From assembly GCA_030704615.1 (NCBI GenBank), contig CM060731.1, positions 24,242,001 to 24,306,000 on the forward strand: a DNA stretch of 64,000 bases. Reading direction: 5' to 3'. The DNA comes from Takakia lepidozioides (taxonomy: Eukaryota; Plantae; Bryophyta). The position numbers were made by a program, and so were the translations under genes. Positions 22,001 through 34,160 of this stretch are shown here, in pieces. The notes below the pieces were generated by a model. The model saw nothing but the letters and a program-made list of their open reading frames with translations. It did not search any database and was not told the DNA's origin. Position 1 is the first letter of the stretch. Every line of letters starts with the position of its first letter.

Positions 22001-25000
22001 CGCCACCGTGCTTGATAAGCTCGTTGGATGACGCCGAGATTGTAAAGCACTGTGATGACAACAATATAGCCGAATATATGAAGAGAACTAATGTCCATGG
22101 CCAACAATTTAAGAACTAATGGGAGCATTATAAACCATTGAAATATACTCCAGTTCATCAGGGCTGTTTTGAATCATAGGAACAGTTTTTCCAACTGTGT
22201 CCCTCCATTCAGCAGAAGACCCCTCACTGTTGACCTAGAAGTTCTGCCAAGGATACTGTAGTGAGTTTCAAAGGTTTTGACAATGTCAACCCATGAAGTC
22301 ACCACTGCACCTTAGTAGTCTTCAGCGCTTGTACTTGCTGACCGTTTTTCGGCTTGTACAAACGTTGAAGGGCGCCAACCAGAATTTCTTGTCATTACCA
22401 CCATGGTGGTTTGAGTTTATTTCACTGTATAACTTGTCCCAGTATAATTTCTTCTGAGACCTAACAAGCTGATTGATATCTTTACGGAGCTGGTAGTACC
22501 TCGCCCACAATTCTCTGTTGGTTTCCAAATTGCAGCACTCTTTATAGAGGGCTCGTCTCTCAGCTATCTTGAGTTTAATCTCATTAGTCCACCAATTAAC
22601 TGCTCTACCGCAGACAATTAGTTTCCTCCCAATGATCTTGTCAGCCACGGAGGAAACGAAACTCTCCCAAGAGTCCACTGCTCTTTCGACTTCATTTCTT
22701 GCGTTAACAGAGCGTGACTGAAGTTCTTGGAGCGATTGGACAAAATGAGGGAGAGCCTCTTGCAAGGCCTGGACGTACTCAGCCTTGACCTCCTCATTGT
22801 GGAATTTTTCTATGCGCCACTTCCGAATCGAACGTTTCACAGATCTCTTGGTGGTGGGAAAACACCTTTTGATCTCAGTCCAAACCAGGAAGTGGTCAGA
22901 GGTACCAATATCAGTTCTGTCGATCAACACATTGGCACACTGGGGGAACAAAATTTTGTCCATTATGATATAGTCCACAATGGAACGTTCCCCAGTTTGG
23001 GATTTCTCACGAGTCCACTGCACTTGGTCACCACTTGTCCTGTTATTCAAGGTCAAAAGCTGAAGCTCTTCTAGACTGTTAATTAACCATCTGCCATTAG
23101 AATTCAGCTCGTCCTCACCAAAAGGTCCAATGATATCGTCCTGATGGATCCCTTTGCCCACCCGGGCATTGAAGTCCCCCAATAGTACCACCTGACCTTT
23201 TGGCAAGGAACGAAGCACAGTCCAGCTTTACATCTTTGAAGGCCTTGTCTGCGTCAGCACTAAGGGTCCCCTCTGTGGGCATGTAAACACAACCAACAAA
23301 GAGGTCCTTTGTACTCATGCCGCCCTTCAAATTCAGTTTTAGCCAGATACTATGCTCGTACCTCAAACCCTTGTTGATAATTTCACAATTGTCAAACAAG
23401 AAATCACGGACAAAGAATCCGACCCCTTTTTGACCGCGTTTGGCAGAGGCTGCCTTGAGAGTACACATCTTACCTGCCCATTTATAACCAATGACATCTC
23501 CAACCAGTTTATCCGACGTTTCCCATGTTTCTTGCCCAGCACAGATATGAATATCATTAGTCCGAAGAACTTGTCCCACTTCAAGTTGTCTCCTTTGGTT
23601 GGTCAACCCTGAGAAGTTGAAAGTGGCCAGCCGCAAGCCAGCCCTTTGCGTGTGAATTGTTTGTCGTCTAGGTAGCTTGTGATTGCTCCTGGACGGCCAA
23701 CCGTTCTGCAAAGGGGGGACAGTTACCCCATGTGTAGATTTTGCTCGTCTTGTGTAAACTTTGAGAATTGGTAAACCATTCAGGGTACCAAATCTTTCAG
23801 TTACACGACGCACAGGCTCCGCACACATAGGGGCAGATTGTCCGTCAGACTGCTTGGGGACAATTACCCCGTGTATAGATTTTGCTCGTCTTGTGTAGAC
23901 TTTGAGGATTGGTAAACCATTTAGAGTACCAAATCCTTCAGTTACACGACGTTCAGGCTCTGCACACTTAGGGACAGATTGTCCATCTGACGGCTTGGGG
24001 ACAATTACCCTGTGTATAGAATTTGTTCGTCTTGTGTAAACCTTGAGGATTGGTAAACCATTCAGAGGAAGAGAAAAGAAACATACTTTAGGTCCATGGG
24101 GGACCTTGAGGGCCCACAGGACAGAAGAAGAAGCACTTTAGAAACATGAAACAAAGACCCAATGCCAAGGACACAAAAAGAAAAAATATATATATCACAA
24201 GAAGGCCCAGACAGACATACAGAAAACAGATAAATGGACGTACGTTGCATTTGAGGGTGTTGGTCAGAGTGTGGAAAATAAAGGATGAAGTACAATCTGG
24301 TGGTATCAGAAAGAAAAAGCACTTAGGCGAGTCATTTGCACATGTGCACTAACCAATGATAGGCTACCACAGTCACGCTGAAATTAGCATCAGGATAGGG
24401 GATTCACAGGACTACCTGTCAGCCATTTCAAAATAGGCATCCTCTGTTGCTTCCAGTGCACGGGCAAGTGCTTTCAAAACAGCATCATGATCAGCAGAAC
24501 CCCTGTCATCATCTCGTGATTCCTCCTGTCGAAGTGTTTCTCTAAGTCGTTCCTCAGCCTCCAGTCTCTCTTGCTCCCAATCATACCTACCAAGAAAAAC
24601 AAAAACAAAAAGTGACAATCAATGCTTTTAGCAGGGATTGAGGACAAATGTCTGCAAATGTTGACTAACAGATACTATTTCAAATGATCAATATGCACCT
24701 ATCTGCTTGAATCAACTACTTGACACTCCCTATGAACTAGCGAGCAATGTACAATAAGCTTCCAGCTAAGAACATATCCATCAGGACTCAACAAACCTAT
24801 ACATGTTGAAAAGGTTATCTTCATTTTGGTTGATCCTTTGTGACTCAGCCAAGCCTAGCCACAAAATTTACAGCATTGTACTTAAACCTCAAATTCATTC
24901 AGTTCTAACTACCTCCATTGCAAGTACTTGCGGTGCTGTTCCCGGCGGCGATCACGCAACTGCCGCACTTTCAGGCCCAAAAGATTCCTTCCTGTCACTG

Positions 25001-27017
25001 GCTTTTGCTCCATGGCTGGCACAGGGCCAGTTTCTGTTTGCTCCGGTGTGTCAAGCTGCAGCTCTACATTTGGAGCAGCCTGCTCACCTGCCTGGTCCAC
25101 ATTTAGCCTATCCTCTGCAAGCTTTCCTTCCTGTTCTAGCATTACCCTCCCCTCAGCTCCAGATCCATTTGCCACTGGCTTGCAGTTCTCTTCTGCTTGC
25201 CCATTTCCTTCCATAGCATCCCTTTCGTGGTTTCCCTCAGCATCAAGTGCCTTAGTCTCTATCTCACATGTAAGGTTAGCAGAAATGCAACTGTTTTCTG
25301 CCTGTATACAGTCTTTATCCTGCTTGCCCATTGCCACATTGTGTTCAGCTCCATTCATTGCCCTTTCTAGCCGAGAACATGGATGACAGTCAAGCATGTT
25401 CCCATTGTCTTGTAGTAGGCAATCCCTCACGGCGTCATCACCATTAGATGCCAGCATACAGTCTTTCTGCAGGTTATTTATTGTAGCATCAATTGCAGCT
25501 CCATCCACCCTCACAGGCGCAGAGCATGAATGATTCCCATCCACATTCTGCCCCTCTTGTAGCTTGTCCCTCTCAACATCCTCAGATTGGTTGGGCTCCA
25601 CACCTTTAGTTCCACCATTGCTCTCACACCCATCACAATTCCGATGATCCAAGCCCATTGGACCTAGTCGGGCAAGAAAGTTACCACCTTGCCTCTCAAC
25701 CTCATCTCCTCTTTGCCCACCGGATCCCTCCCTTCCTAACCCACTGCCTCCCCCTGCAATTGGGCTGGCATTGAAAAGATCAAACCCAGTATTCTGGTTC
25801 CAAAGAAGTCCCTTAAGCTCCCTGTCGATTGCCGGGTACAAATTACTCATGAGAAAGTCGGTGGCATCAGGACCATTAAACCCATCATATATGCCCACAA
25901 ATAGCCACCCATGCTCTTCAGACAACACAACATGCACACGGTCCTCGCCAGCCTTGCCCTGAGCCCATTGCAGATGGTCACCCTCTTTTATGTCTGGGTC
26001 TGAACTTGAGTAGCCCACCATATCCAAAGGTGAGTCTATAGAACCTTTTGAACAATCCTTGTCTCCATACTTTCCCTCCCCCAACACGAAGTGCTTCACA
26101 GGAAGAACAATAGATCGATGGGTGCGAGCAAGTGTTGCTGATGTCTTTGACAGAGTTCTGGTGATGACTTTCCTGACTGGCCCGCTCATTGTAGTTACAA
26201 ACCGGGTAAGTGAACTCCTCTTTCTTTTCAAGTACCTGGGGAAGGGGCCTGCCAAGGGTGCAGAGAAGTGGCTGCGATCTACAGGCTCTATTGGCCCGGA
26301 CATAAACCCTCTCTCCAACGGACCTGACATGAAGCCCCTCTCCAGTGGACCTGAAAGAAATCCTCTCTCTAAAGGCCCTGAAAGAAAGCCCCTGTTGTCA
26401 AGGGGGCCAGACATGGGACCTGAGAGAGGTCCTGAGATGGGACCCGAGTTGCCAATGGCGCCCCTGGGGACAGGTTGGAGCGGAAGAGCGCTAAAGGAGG
26501 ATGTGCTTTCAAATGCAGCTGCTCGATCATAAGGTATATTAGAGAAGGAATTGAACTGTTCTACAGAATTAATAGAGCGGGGGGTGGTTGTGTTGGCGCT
26601 GACAGATGCACCTGATATCGCCTTGAAAGAGGTCTCAGACACGCTTTTGGGTTTGTCATTACCGACAAATTTCGGCTTTTCCCAACCAACTCTAGATCTA
26701 TCCACCACGGGTAGGGATTTGAGCTCCGATTCATTCCTCAATTTCTGAGAATCGAAACTGGGAATTTCTCGGGCATGCTCTCCACTATGGCCATCCGATT
26801 CGATGGAGGTATCAGCATCGAAAGAAAATTCTGGAGAGAGCTCCTCCGATTGCTGCTGGCTGGGAGAGTGTGCGGGTGAATCAAATGCGGGGCGGACATA
26901 ACAGAACGAATGGCCCAACCCTTCATCCAAAGGCTCTGAGAAAAGAGCATCTGGCCCGCCATTGTCATCACGTCGGGGCATAAAGCACCCCACCACCCGA
27001 GACACGCTGTTGCCCAT
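14065..27017 (-). CDS. PLL: POLTERGEIST/PLL-like protein phosphatase 2C (clade C), 6 exons
   Basis: Exons 27017..24913, 24586..24416, 19857..19461, 19160..19047, 14887..14623 and 14180..14065, all GT-AG and phase-consistent. MGN..S..VGCF acylation N-terminus, [23 protein letters not shown] repeats, [37 protein letters not shown] and [24 protein letters not shown]. Confidence 0.95.
15882..17779 (-). mobile_element. 5'-truncated non-LTR retrotransposon (RTE-X-like LINE), copy 1, in PLL intron 4
   Basis: RT domain ([34 protein letters not shown]) plus C-terminal CxxC..H....C zinc finger. 10-bp TSD caatgcaaga (15872-81 / 17780-89) with 5-bp microhomology at the truncation point. Near-identical to copy 2. 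Confidence 0.92.
18059..18562. mobile_element. PIF/Harbinger (Tourist-like) MITE in PLL intron 4
   Basis: Imperfect TIRs GGCCGAGTTTAGACA / GGGCCACTTTAGACA (12 of 15 match), flanked by TAA (18056-58) and TTA (18563-65). Confidence 0.6.
18980..19012. repeat. (GA)16 microsatellite
   Basis: Directly visible dinucleotide run in PLL intron 4. Confidence 0.95.
20022..22030 (-). CDS. LINE reverse transcriptase and C-terminal zinc-finger domain (open frame, disconnected from the upstream endonuclease)
   Basis: [56 protein letters not shown]. The stop codon lies only 6 nt from the element's 3' end. Confidence 0.85.
23715..24063 (-). repeat. 141-bp (47-codon) in-frame tandem repeat, ~2.5 units, at the 5' end of LINE copy 2
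   Basis: The gggaca(g/a)ttaccc anchor recurs at ~23716, 23857 and 23998. Units encode [15 protein letters not shown]...[14 protein letters not shown] in frame with the APE ORF. Confidence 0.9.
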
Positions 27018-30000
27018 CGCATTCTCTCTTTCTCTCTGCCTCTATCTCTATACTCTACGAGCAAACAATCAAACTACACATCGGTAAACCAGAGAGGGCT
27101 GATCCTTTCGCCCGCTCCCACTCCAGAAGCCTGTCAGCTTTCCAATGACAAATATGAGACAAGTAAGGAGTGAGTTGAAGGCACTGTAGAGCTGTAGGAA
27201 GTTAAGGACCAGGCCTCCTTCATGTTTGGCCCGAGACGCCTCCGGCACTCGGACATCAAAAAACTAGCCAGAACTTCCACGATGACAACATGCCCTAAAC
27301 ACGTCACTAGCTCCTCTCTCCCGCTTGCAAGCCCGCCTCAACTGCACTCCCCCACTCCATCTCTGTCCTTCCTCTCTCACCACCACCTAAGCCCACCTGA
27401 GAAAATGCACCGGTATTCCTGTCCAGCACAGCATTGGCTTGAGGCGGGCGTCTCTCTGAGCCCAAGCCTTCTACATGATACCAGAGAGTTCTTCCCGACA
27501 ACACAAGTGCGCAGCCGACAACAAGAGGACTTGCTGCCTTGCCCTCCGAAAGCTCGGGCACCCATCTTCTCCTGTTTTCATCCTTGCATGGCTGCTGTCA
27601 TCTCAGAATCATGGCCCTCATTCCTTCTGCTTCCACCTCCCTGCGCATAGACACTGGAAATGGAGCTCAAAACAACACGTTGCCTAAACATTTCACGTAG
27701 GGCTGAGTGAGGTCATAAAAGAAAAAGAGCCAGAGAGAAAGAAAGCCAAAAAGGAATTCTGTAAGAGAGAGAGAACGTCAGCATCAGTAAGAGCCGTGAA
27801 GAGGTCACACCTCCCTGCTACAGAGGCGGGTTGACACTTGACAAAACACCCCACCTACATACACATGTTTGCACTAGGATACTACACTGGAACTTCCCAC
27901 AGATACTCGCTTCCACGGAACCCGCAGATTTCACAGTACAACTCCACTTTTTTTTCGTTGACACTAACGCAAGCCGCAGGCTCTATCATGCTTTGTGGGT
28001 CCTCCCGCTCTGCTTAGCCATAAACAATCATGGTTTTGTCCAAAAAAGTTTTACTCGCATACCTTCCCTGAGTCAGCGCTTTGGATGGGCAATCACATTC
28101 TGTCTTCCAAGACTTGACAAGTACCGGAAGGTAGGTCAGTTGACTAGAATCCCCCCTGGCTTTAGAAAAGTGTGCTAACTACTTCAATTTCCGGGTGTAA
28201 GCACGCCATAACTCCCCAGTGACTGTTCATTGAACCGGGATGCCCGCTACGATTCCGCCATCTTCTTTTTGTTCATTTTTCTGTGGCTGAGAGCAGCAAG
28301 GGGCCAGTGTGTGGGATGCTGTCATTTCCTACCCTCACCGCTCATGCTTTTGGCTCTTGCAAAGATCAATGTCAACTGTCCAACACAGCACGTCATTTCC
28401 TTATTGCAGATAACATCTGAAGGTCATTCATGCGTGTCGCCTCCTTGTAGACTAGACTCTGATGGGTCAACGAAATGTCCCAAGCAACACAGCTGGCAGC
28501 AACATTCCCTCACACTTGAGGGATAATCATGGATGCAACGTGATGGTGCGCCATAAGGGTTGCTCTCACACCTTTGTCAACCACGCCATTCTCGACCGGA
28601 AGGCAAGGACCTCCCCACCACCATGTACCGCACTTCCATCATAACTTACCAACGCTTTCCCTCTCCAGATAAGCATTCCACAAAGATCCCACACTGTTCT
28701 GCCAGGTGATGCTAAAATAGGGAGTTGCAGTTGCCTCAGATGAAAGTTTTTCCCAAAACAACTATGCTGGAAATGGTAATCTGAACCAAACCCAACTCCT
28801 TCCCACAGTGTCCCTTGCCACAACTTTATGTTACCCATCTGTGTCCCTTGTTACCCACCCAAGAAAAGGGAGGGCAGGTGGAAGTTAGTGAAGGGTGAGG
28901 GTGGACTTTTAGGGAGAGGATGAGTGTACTGTTGCTTTTGGCCAATAGGTACTCAAGTGCCCACCCAGCCTTCCATGGCTGCCTTTATTACAATGTTGAG
29001 TACATATTTAGTCCCTCTCTTCTTCCTTTGGCCAGACACTCTGGAGTGCCAATGTCTGCTTTCTATGAGAGCCTAGAGAAATGATTTCATTCACTCAAGT
29101 GTGTTGCCTCTCCTTGCGTCCTTGATTACCTACCCATCAGTGTTTGATCTTGTTGTACCCTCTCTAAGTAACATCTCCCTGATGGTACCGGTGAAGAAAC
29201 AACACTAAGTTAGATGAAAAAATGACTCCCATACTGGACAAGATGAAACTGCATCTTGCATAATCTTTGTATATTTTTTAACCACTTATGGATGAAAGTA
29301 AATGTCACTAGTCATAGGCATTATTCTATCCACTGGAGAATAGACTCTTCTTATTTTTTCCTCTTTTCATGAAAGTGTAGAGCAGCATCCTTGGAAACCC
29401 AAAAAAAAGGAAAAAAAAGCAACAAGTGGAGGAGTAAGATAATGACATCAAACTTGGGAATGCAGCTTCCACCCAGTTGGGAGTCTCACAACCCTCTGAC
29501 TTTCGCGGCGCGGAAGCTGCTCGACTGTTGTTTTCCCGCTCACCAAATACATCACAGAAGCTTCTACTGGACTTTTGTAAGTTCGTAGGCTGTACAGATC
29601 AAAAGCATCAAACATATCTCACTAAGTAATGTCCAATGACCAACCTTCGTTCTGTCGGTGGAATAAGCAAGCTACGCGCGCCATATACCCGAAAAGAATT
29701 ACATTTAGATCCAAAGATGTGACTATATAAAGCAACCCATATCCCAGCCCGCCAGACGTCCATTGATCCTATAGACTGAATATCCATTGTGGACCTTGAA
29801 AAAAAGGAAGTCCTTTCCTTTCCAAGATTTGGGGTCATATTTAGCATTTTCTCTGGATTTCTGTTCCTAGAGCTTTTCCCATTCATGATACATTTTTTTT
29901 CTCATGGGTACATCTCCAAGTCAACCCCGACTAGGTAACCTGAGTTACAAGGGATCTTGTTGCAGTACCACAAGGACACCATCCCTGTAAGATGGGTTGA

Positions 30001-33000
30001 TGGTGAACTGTGATAAGCTGACACAACATTCAAGGGTCACTGAGCTCACAGGGATCTAGTTTGTTTCTATTCATCCAGGAAATCGTGTGGCAGTGTGCGC
30101 GAAATAGTTGGAGCTACGGATTTCTAAGTTACAGGAGAAACACCCCCCACTGAAGTGAAGACAATGAGGTCACCCAACGTGCCACACTGCGTGGATCTGT
30201 GCCTGGGCTGTGGGTCCCTAAGAGAGAGGGTCAGCGCAGTGTGACTAATTCCCGACCGCTCTGCCCTGCCATCACCAACTGGGTCGGCCTGCCCCCACCC
30301 ACCTCTCCTTTTCCTTTGGTTGCACCTCTTTTGGAAAACAAAGCGGTTGTAGAGGTGGACCTCGCATCCGCCGGAGAAGGAGAAGCAGAAGGATGCATGC
30401 GCTATCGCCCGATCTTTCGGATCCGCCACGATTGGCACAAACTGGGTTTGAAGTGATAGTCATATTGCAGGGGGTCCTGACAACAAAGCCTGGATATTGA
30501 CCAAGCACTAGTCTGGCCCAAGCTGAGTCATTCCACCAATGGGTTGCTTCACTTCAGGCCTTTCCAGCATCGATCAGTCTGTGTGGGCCTGCAACAAAGC
30601 TGATCGAGTTGCAAAAAGTACTCAACCGTATGGGTACCTGAGAGTTTCTAGTTTCTACAGAAAAGGAGATCATACAATTTCCTTTTTCAACTGCACACAA
30701 GGTTGGAGTCGCTGAGCAAAGCCCGAAAAATACCTCCTTGCGCAGTTATTGAGAGTGAGAACCAAATGTCTACGCATGGCCAAGTCCCGGAGGACCCACA
30801 AGCCCATGATACTTGGGGAGAACAAACTCAGTTATCATGTACCGAGTTTCTGCGGAATTGGACAAATGCAAATGCAAGAATGTACAGAGATTCAACATCA
30901 GGTAGGACACAGTAGAAGAGGCGATGACCCGCAGAAGCGGCGCACGCGGACCGTGGTCGGACTTGAGTTGTCCGAAGGCCGTGGTTGGATTACCTTTCTG
31001 GAATCTTCCATTCTTCACTTGAGTTGATGCCATCCACCAATTTGATCTTAGCAACATGTGGGTTGTTGTGTTGCCTTCGTCGGTGCGGATGCACTTGCAC
31101 TTCTAAGTTCTGCCACATCCGACGACAATTTTAGAATTGTCTTTGTTGGACAACTCTGTACACAACATTAAGACTGATGAAAATGCTTGAGTGTTGGACT
31201 TAGGTTTTGTGTGTGTGATCACGGTCTCTGTAGAGCAGATTCCAGAATATGTGAGGGATAGAGTCAGACCTAATGAGTGTTGGAGCAAGCAAAGTGGGCT
31301 GGTTTAACATTAATTGCCAAGGACAAAATACAAGCATGGTGTGTGGATTCGGGGGTGTCCTGGAAGCTTCACATTGCGTCTCTCCATGAAGTGTTCCTGC
31401 CCTCGAGCTGCCTTTTCAAGATTCCAGTCTGCATGATGATGGAAATGTACGAAAAATTCAGTAATAAATGATTGATGAGTTTCTAACTTTAGCACTCAAG
31501 GCCCAGACGCATTGACGGCGTTATGAAGGATCACGAGAAGACATAAGAGAATACTGAGAGCTTCAACATACACATTATTCACGACTGACATCCTCCCCCG
31601 TTTCCACCCACTAACCCTAATTCGCAACTTCCCAAAGTAGACCAAGAATCTCCACGCCTCAATCTTCGCCTCTTCCAGAGGCTTTGACACAACTACAATT
31701 TGGAACCTGGGATCTTATTATTTGTCTCCCGTGGACTCTAACATTGGCTCCCTCTTCACATGTGGACCCCGGTCACCCCCCGCGCCTCACCTTCGATCGA
31801 GGTTCAAAAACGGTATCCATTATGTTTCTCCCGTGTGTGCATTGAATCTAGCAAAAGTTGAAACCCTGGTGCGCAGGATATTATACACAAAAACAAGTCT
31901 CCGGTACTCTGTACTCCGTCCTATAATCCATAACTGTTCCGAGTCAAAGTGATGAAGAGATGACTATATACAAGGGAATGCAATTATCAGTATGGACAAT
32001 AAGAAGGAAGGTGGAGTTTTGTCGATCATGAAAAGCATTTTATGGCCTCTAGGATGGCAAGTCTTGAGAGATATTCCTCGTACACCATCTCAAATACAAC
32101 ATCAGCATCACTACTCCATCCTCCTTTTGAACCCCCTCACCGCACAAGGGATTGAGACTCGGTTGAAATCCATGACGTCAGTGGGTCACATAGAAAGGTA
32201 CCCCTTCCTCTTTCTTAAGCCGACCACACGTCTCCGCCTTTGTTTATTCAATTTGAGAAGCCATTCGTACCCACTAAAAGTCATGGGAGCGGATGCCCGT
32301 TCTCCTGTGCAGCCTGTCATTGGAAGAGAAGCACGGACGGGTCACGGTAGGTACAATGGCGTTAAAGCTCAAATTTGGGGGCTGCCTGCATTCAATGGCT
32401 GCTTGCTCCCTTAGATTTCTTCAACGACTTACATTAATGCAGGCACACCCCTACTTAACCACAAGTCAAACCTTCTTGCCAATTGTCGACTACCATTATC
32501 TCTCATACGTTCCCACCTGGTTATCCTCCGCCTCTGGCAGTACCTGGACTTGTTTCTTGCATTCCTCCCCTCCAACGTGAGAGGTAGATAGCATTCCACG
32601 GCCCACATTGCCACCATAGCTTTAGGCACCCACTTTACTACCTTTCTTCAAGTTCAACATGGGCCAATTGCCCTCCAGTCTTCCCAATCTGACACTCTGC
32701 TGAGGGCAACAACCAGACAACGGTCATGTGTATCCTTACAGGCGATCTTTATGAGATAAATCTTCAGCACCCATAATTCCAACATGCTTGAGAGATATTT
32801 GGAATTGGAGAGACATTCTGCACTAATCAGACCCATACAGCCCAGACCCTTTCCGCAATTTCCATAATACAGTGCTTGCATCTTCGGTACTATGGATCAG
32901 CTAAACTTGGCTCAACTCAGTTTCACTATGGAGTCATTGTAATTGAGTGACTCTTGTTGGTGGTATATCCGAGTTGTAGGTAGACATGATGACTAGTGTT

Positions 33001-33640
33001 GAGTGGTGGCATGTGCAATCCCATCTCTCAGGTCCTCAGCCAAGATTGGTGATGCTGATGATAGTAGTGATATCACCAGCATAAATTGCAATCAAGTGCA
33101 GATAGTGTGCAGAGCAAGCCCCTTAGTTTAGCTCCTTGTTTGGAGCTCCTGGTTTAGCTCTGAATCCCTGAGGTAGTTTGCAGCCCAATCCTCCTCCAAG
33201 TTTAGCATCTCTGGGTTCATTGCATTGTAAGAGGCCCCACTGTATCTCCTGATATTTGTGGGGTAGGTTACAAGGACAGATACTTTATATTTGGTTCATA
33301 ATAATTTCCGTCTCCCCTAACTGCCACATTAAACCAGCTCACACACTTGTAGTCTCTAGGTTGGTTTGACAAGATAGAAATCGGTAGATCTGACGCTTGG
33401 CAGAACTTGCCAGGAAGCCCAGAATATCTACTTGGTTGATTAACTAATTTCACAGTAGATGATCTATTGCATTTATAGTTATATCAATTCAGATAAGTTT
33501 CTAGGCTAAAATGCAACAGGGCTCAGTTACTAGTTACTACTCAAATTAAAGCAAGGAGAATTTACTGGCTCTCTTGTAGAGAGAGACTTTGCATCATGTT
33601 GAAGTCAATGGAGAAAATGTGGTCAAAGGACCTTACACCG

Positions 33641-34160
33641 TGTCAAGGCTCTCATTGGTGTGTTGTGCTGAGTCATGCTCCCTATCTTACCTTTCTCGTA
33701 TGTTTTGCCAAAGCAAGACAACCCATTGCCGTTTGAGGCTTGTTGTAATATCAGCAGTAAGCTTACTATCCAGGGGAGGCAGCAAATATAACTTCATCAT
33801 TTCTGTGAGGGGAAAAAGTACCCCACCTTGTGAGCCATGAGGCATAAGGGCTGAAGGCAAACCAAACCACCAGATAGAAACCAACCCAAGGACCCCCACT
33901 ACTGTTTGTCAAGGCTCTCATTGGTGTGTTGTGCTGAGTCATGCTCCCTAGTCTTACCTTACTCGTATGTTTTGCCAAAGCAAGAGAGCCCATTTCCGTT
34001 TGAGGCTTGTTGTAATATCAGCAGTACTATCCAGGGGTGGCAGCAAATATAACTTCATCATTTCTATGAGGGGAAAAAGTACCCCACCTTGTGAGCCATG
34101 AGGCATAAGGGCTGAAGGCAAACCAACCAGATCAACCCAAGGACCCCCTCTACTGTTTGT
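33641..34160 (+). repeat. ~260-bp direct tandem duplication (2 copies), possibly inside a solo-LTR-like element ending ...gggggcgtgtaaca (34244)
   Basis: tgtcaaggctctcattggtgtgttgtgctgagtc starts at 33641 and again at 33907, and the units are colinear. TG...CA ends are present but there is no clean TSD. Confidence 0.8.

Larger units (their letters stand above)
20016..24063 (-). mobile_element. RTE-X-like LINE, copy 2 (4.05 kb, 5'-truncated, degenerate APE endonuclease + RT + zinc finger), in PLL intron 2
   Basis: APE motifs ([39 protein letters not shown]) in frameshifted ORFs 23115..23828 and 22322..23218. RT-ZnF ORF 20022..22064. 16-bp TSD agaggaagagaaaaga (20000-15 / 24064-79). Confidence 0.93.

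Noticed and set aside
26270-26450. SGP(L/I)ERGF peptide repeats as a novel repeat
   Set aside because: This is a known feature of POLTERGEIST/PLL N-terminal regions.
30130-30660. Gypsy PPT/LTR start and chromodomain-like WKG..EAT remnant on the minus strand
   Set aside because: Too degenerate to support without alignment.
32000-33260. Old L1-like LINE remnant (GLG motif region)
   Set aside because: Only isolated weak motifs; no RT or endonuclease signature is recoverable by eye.
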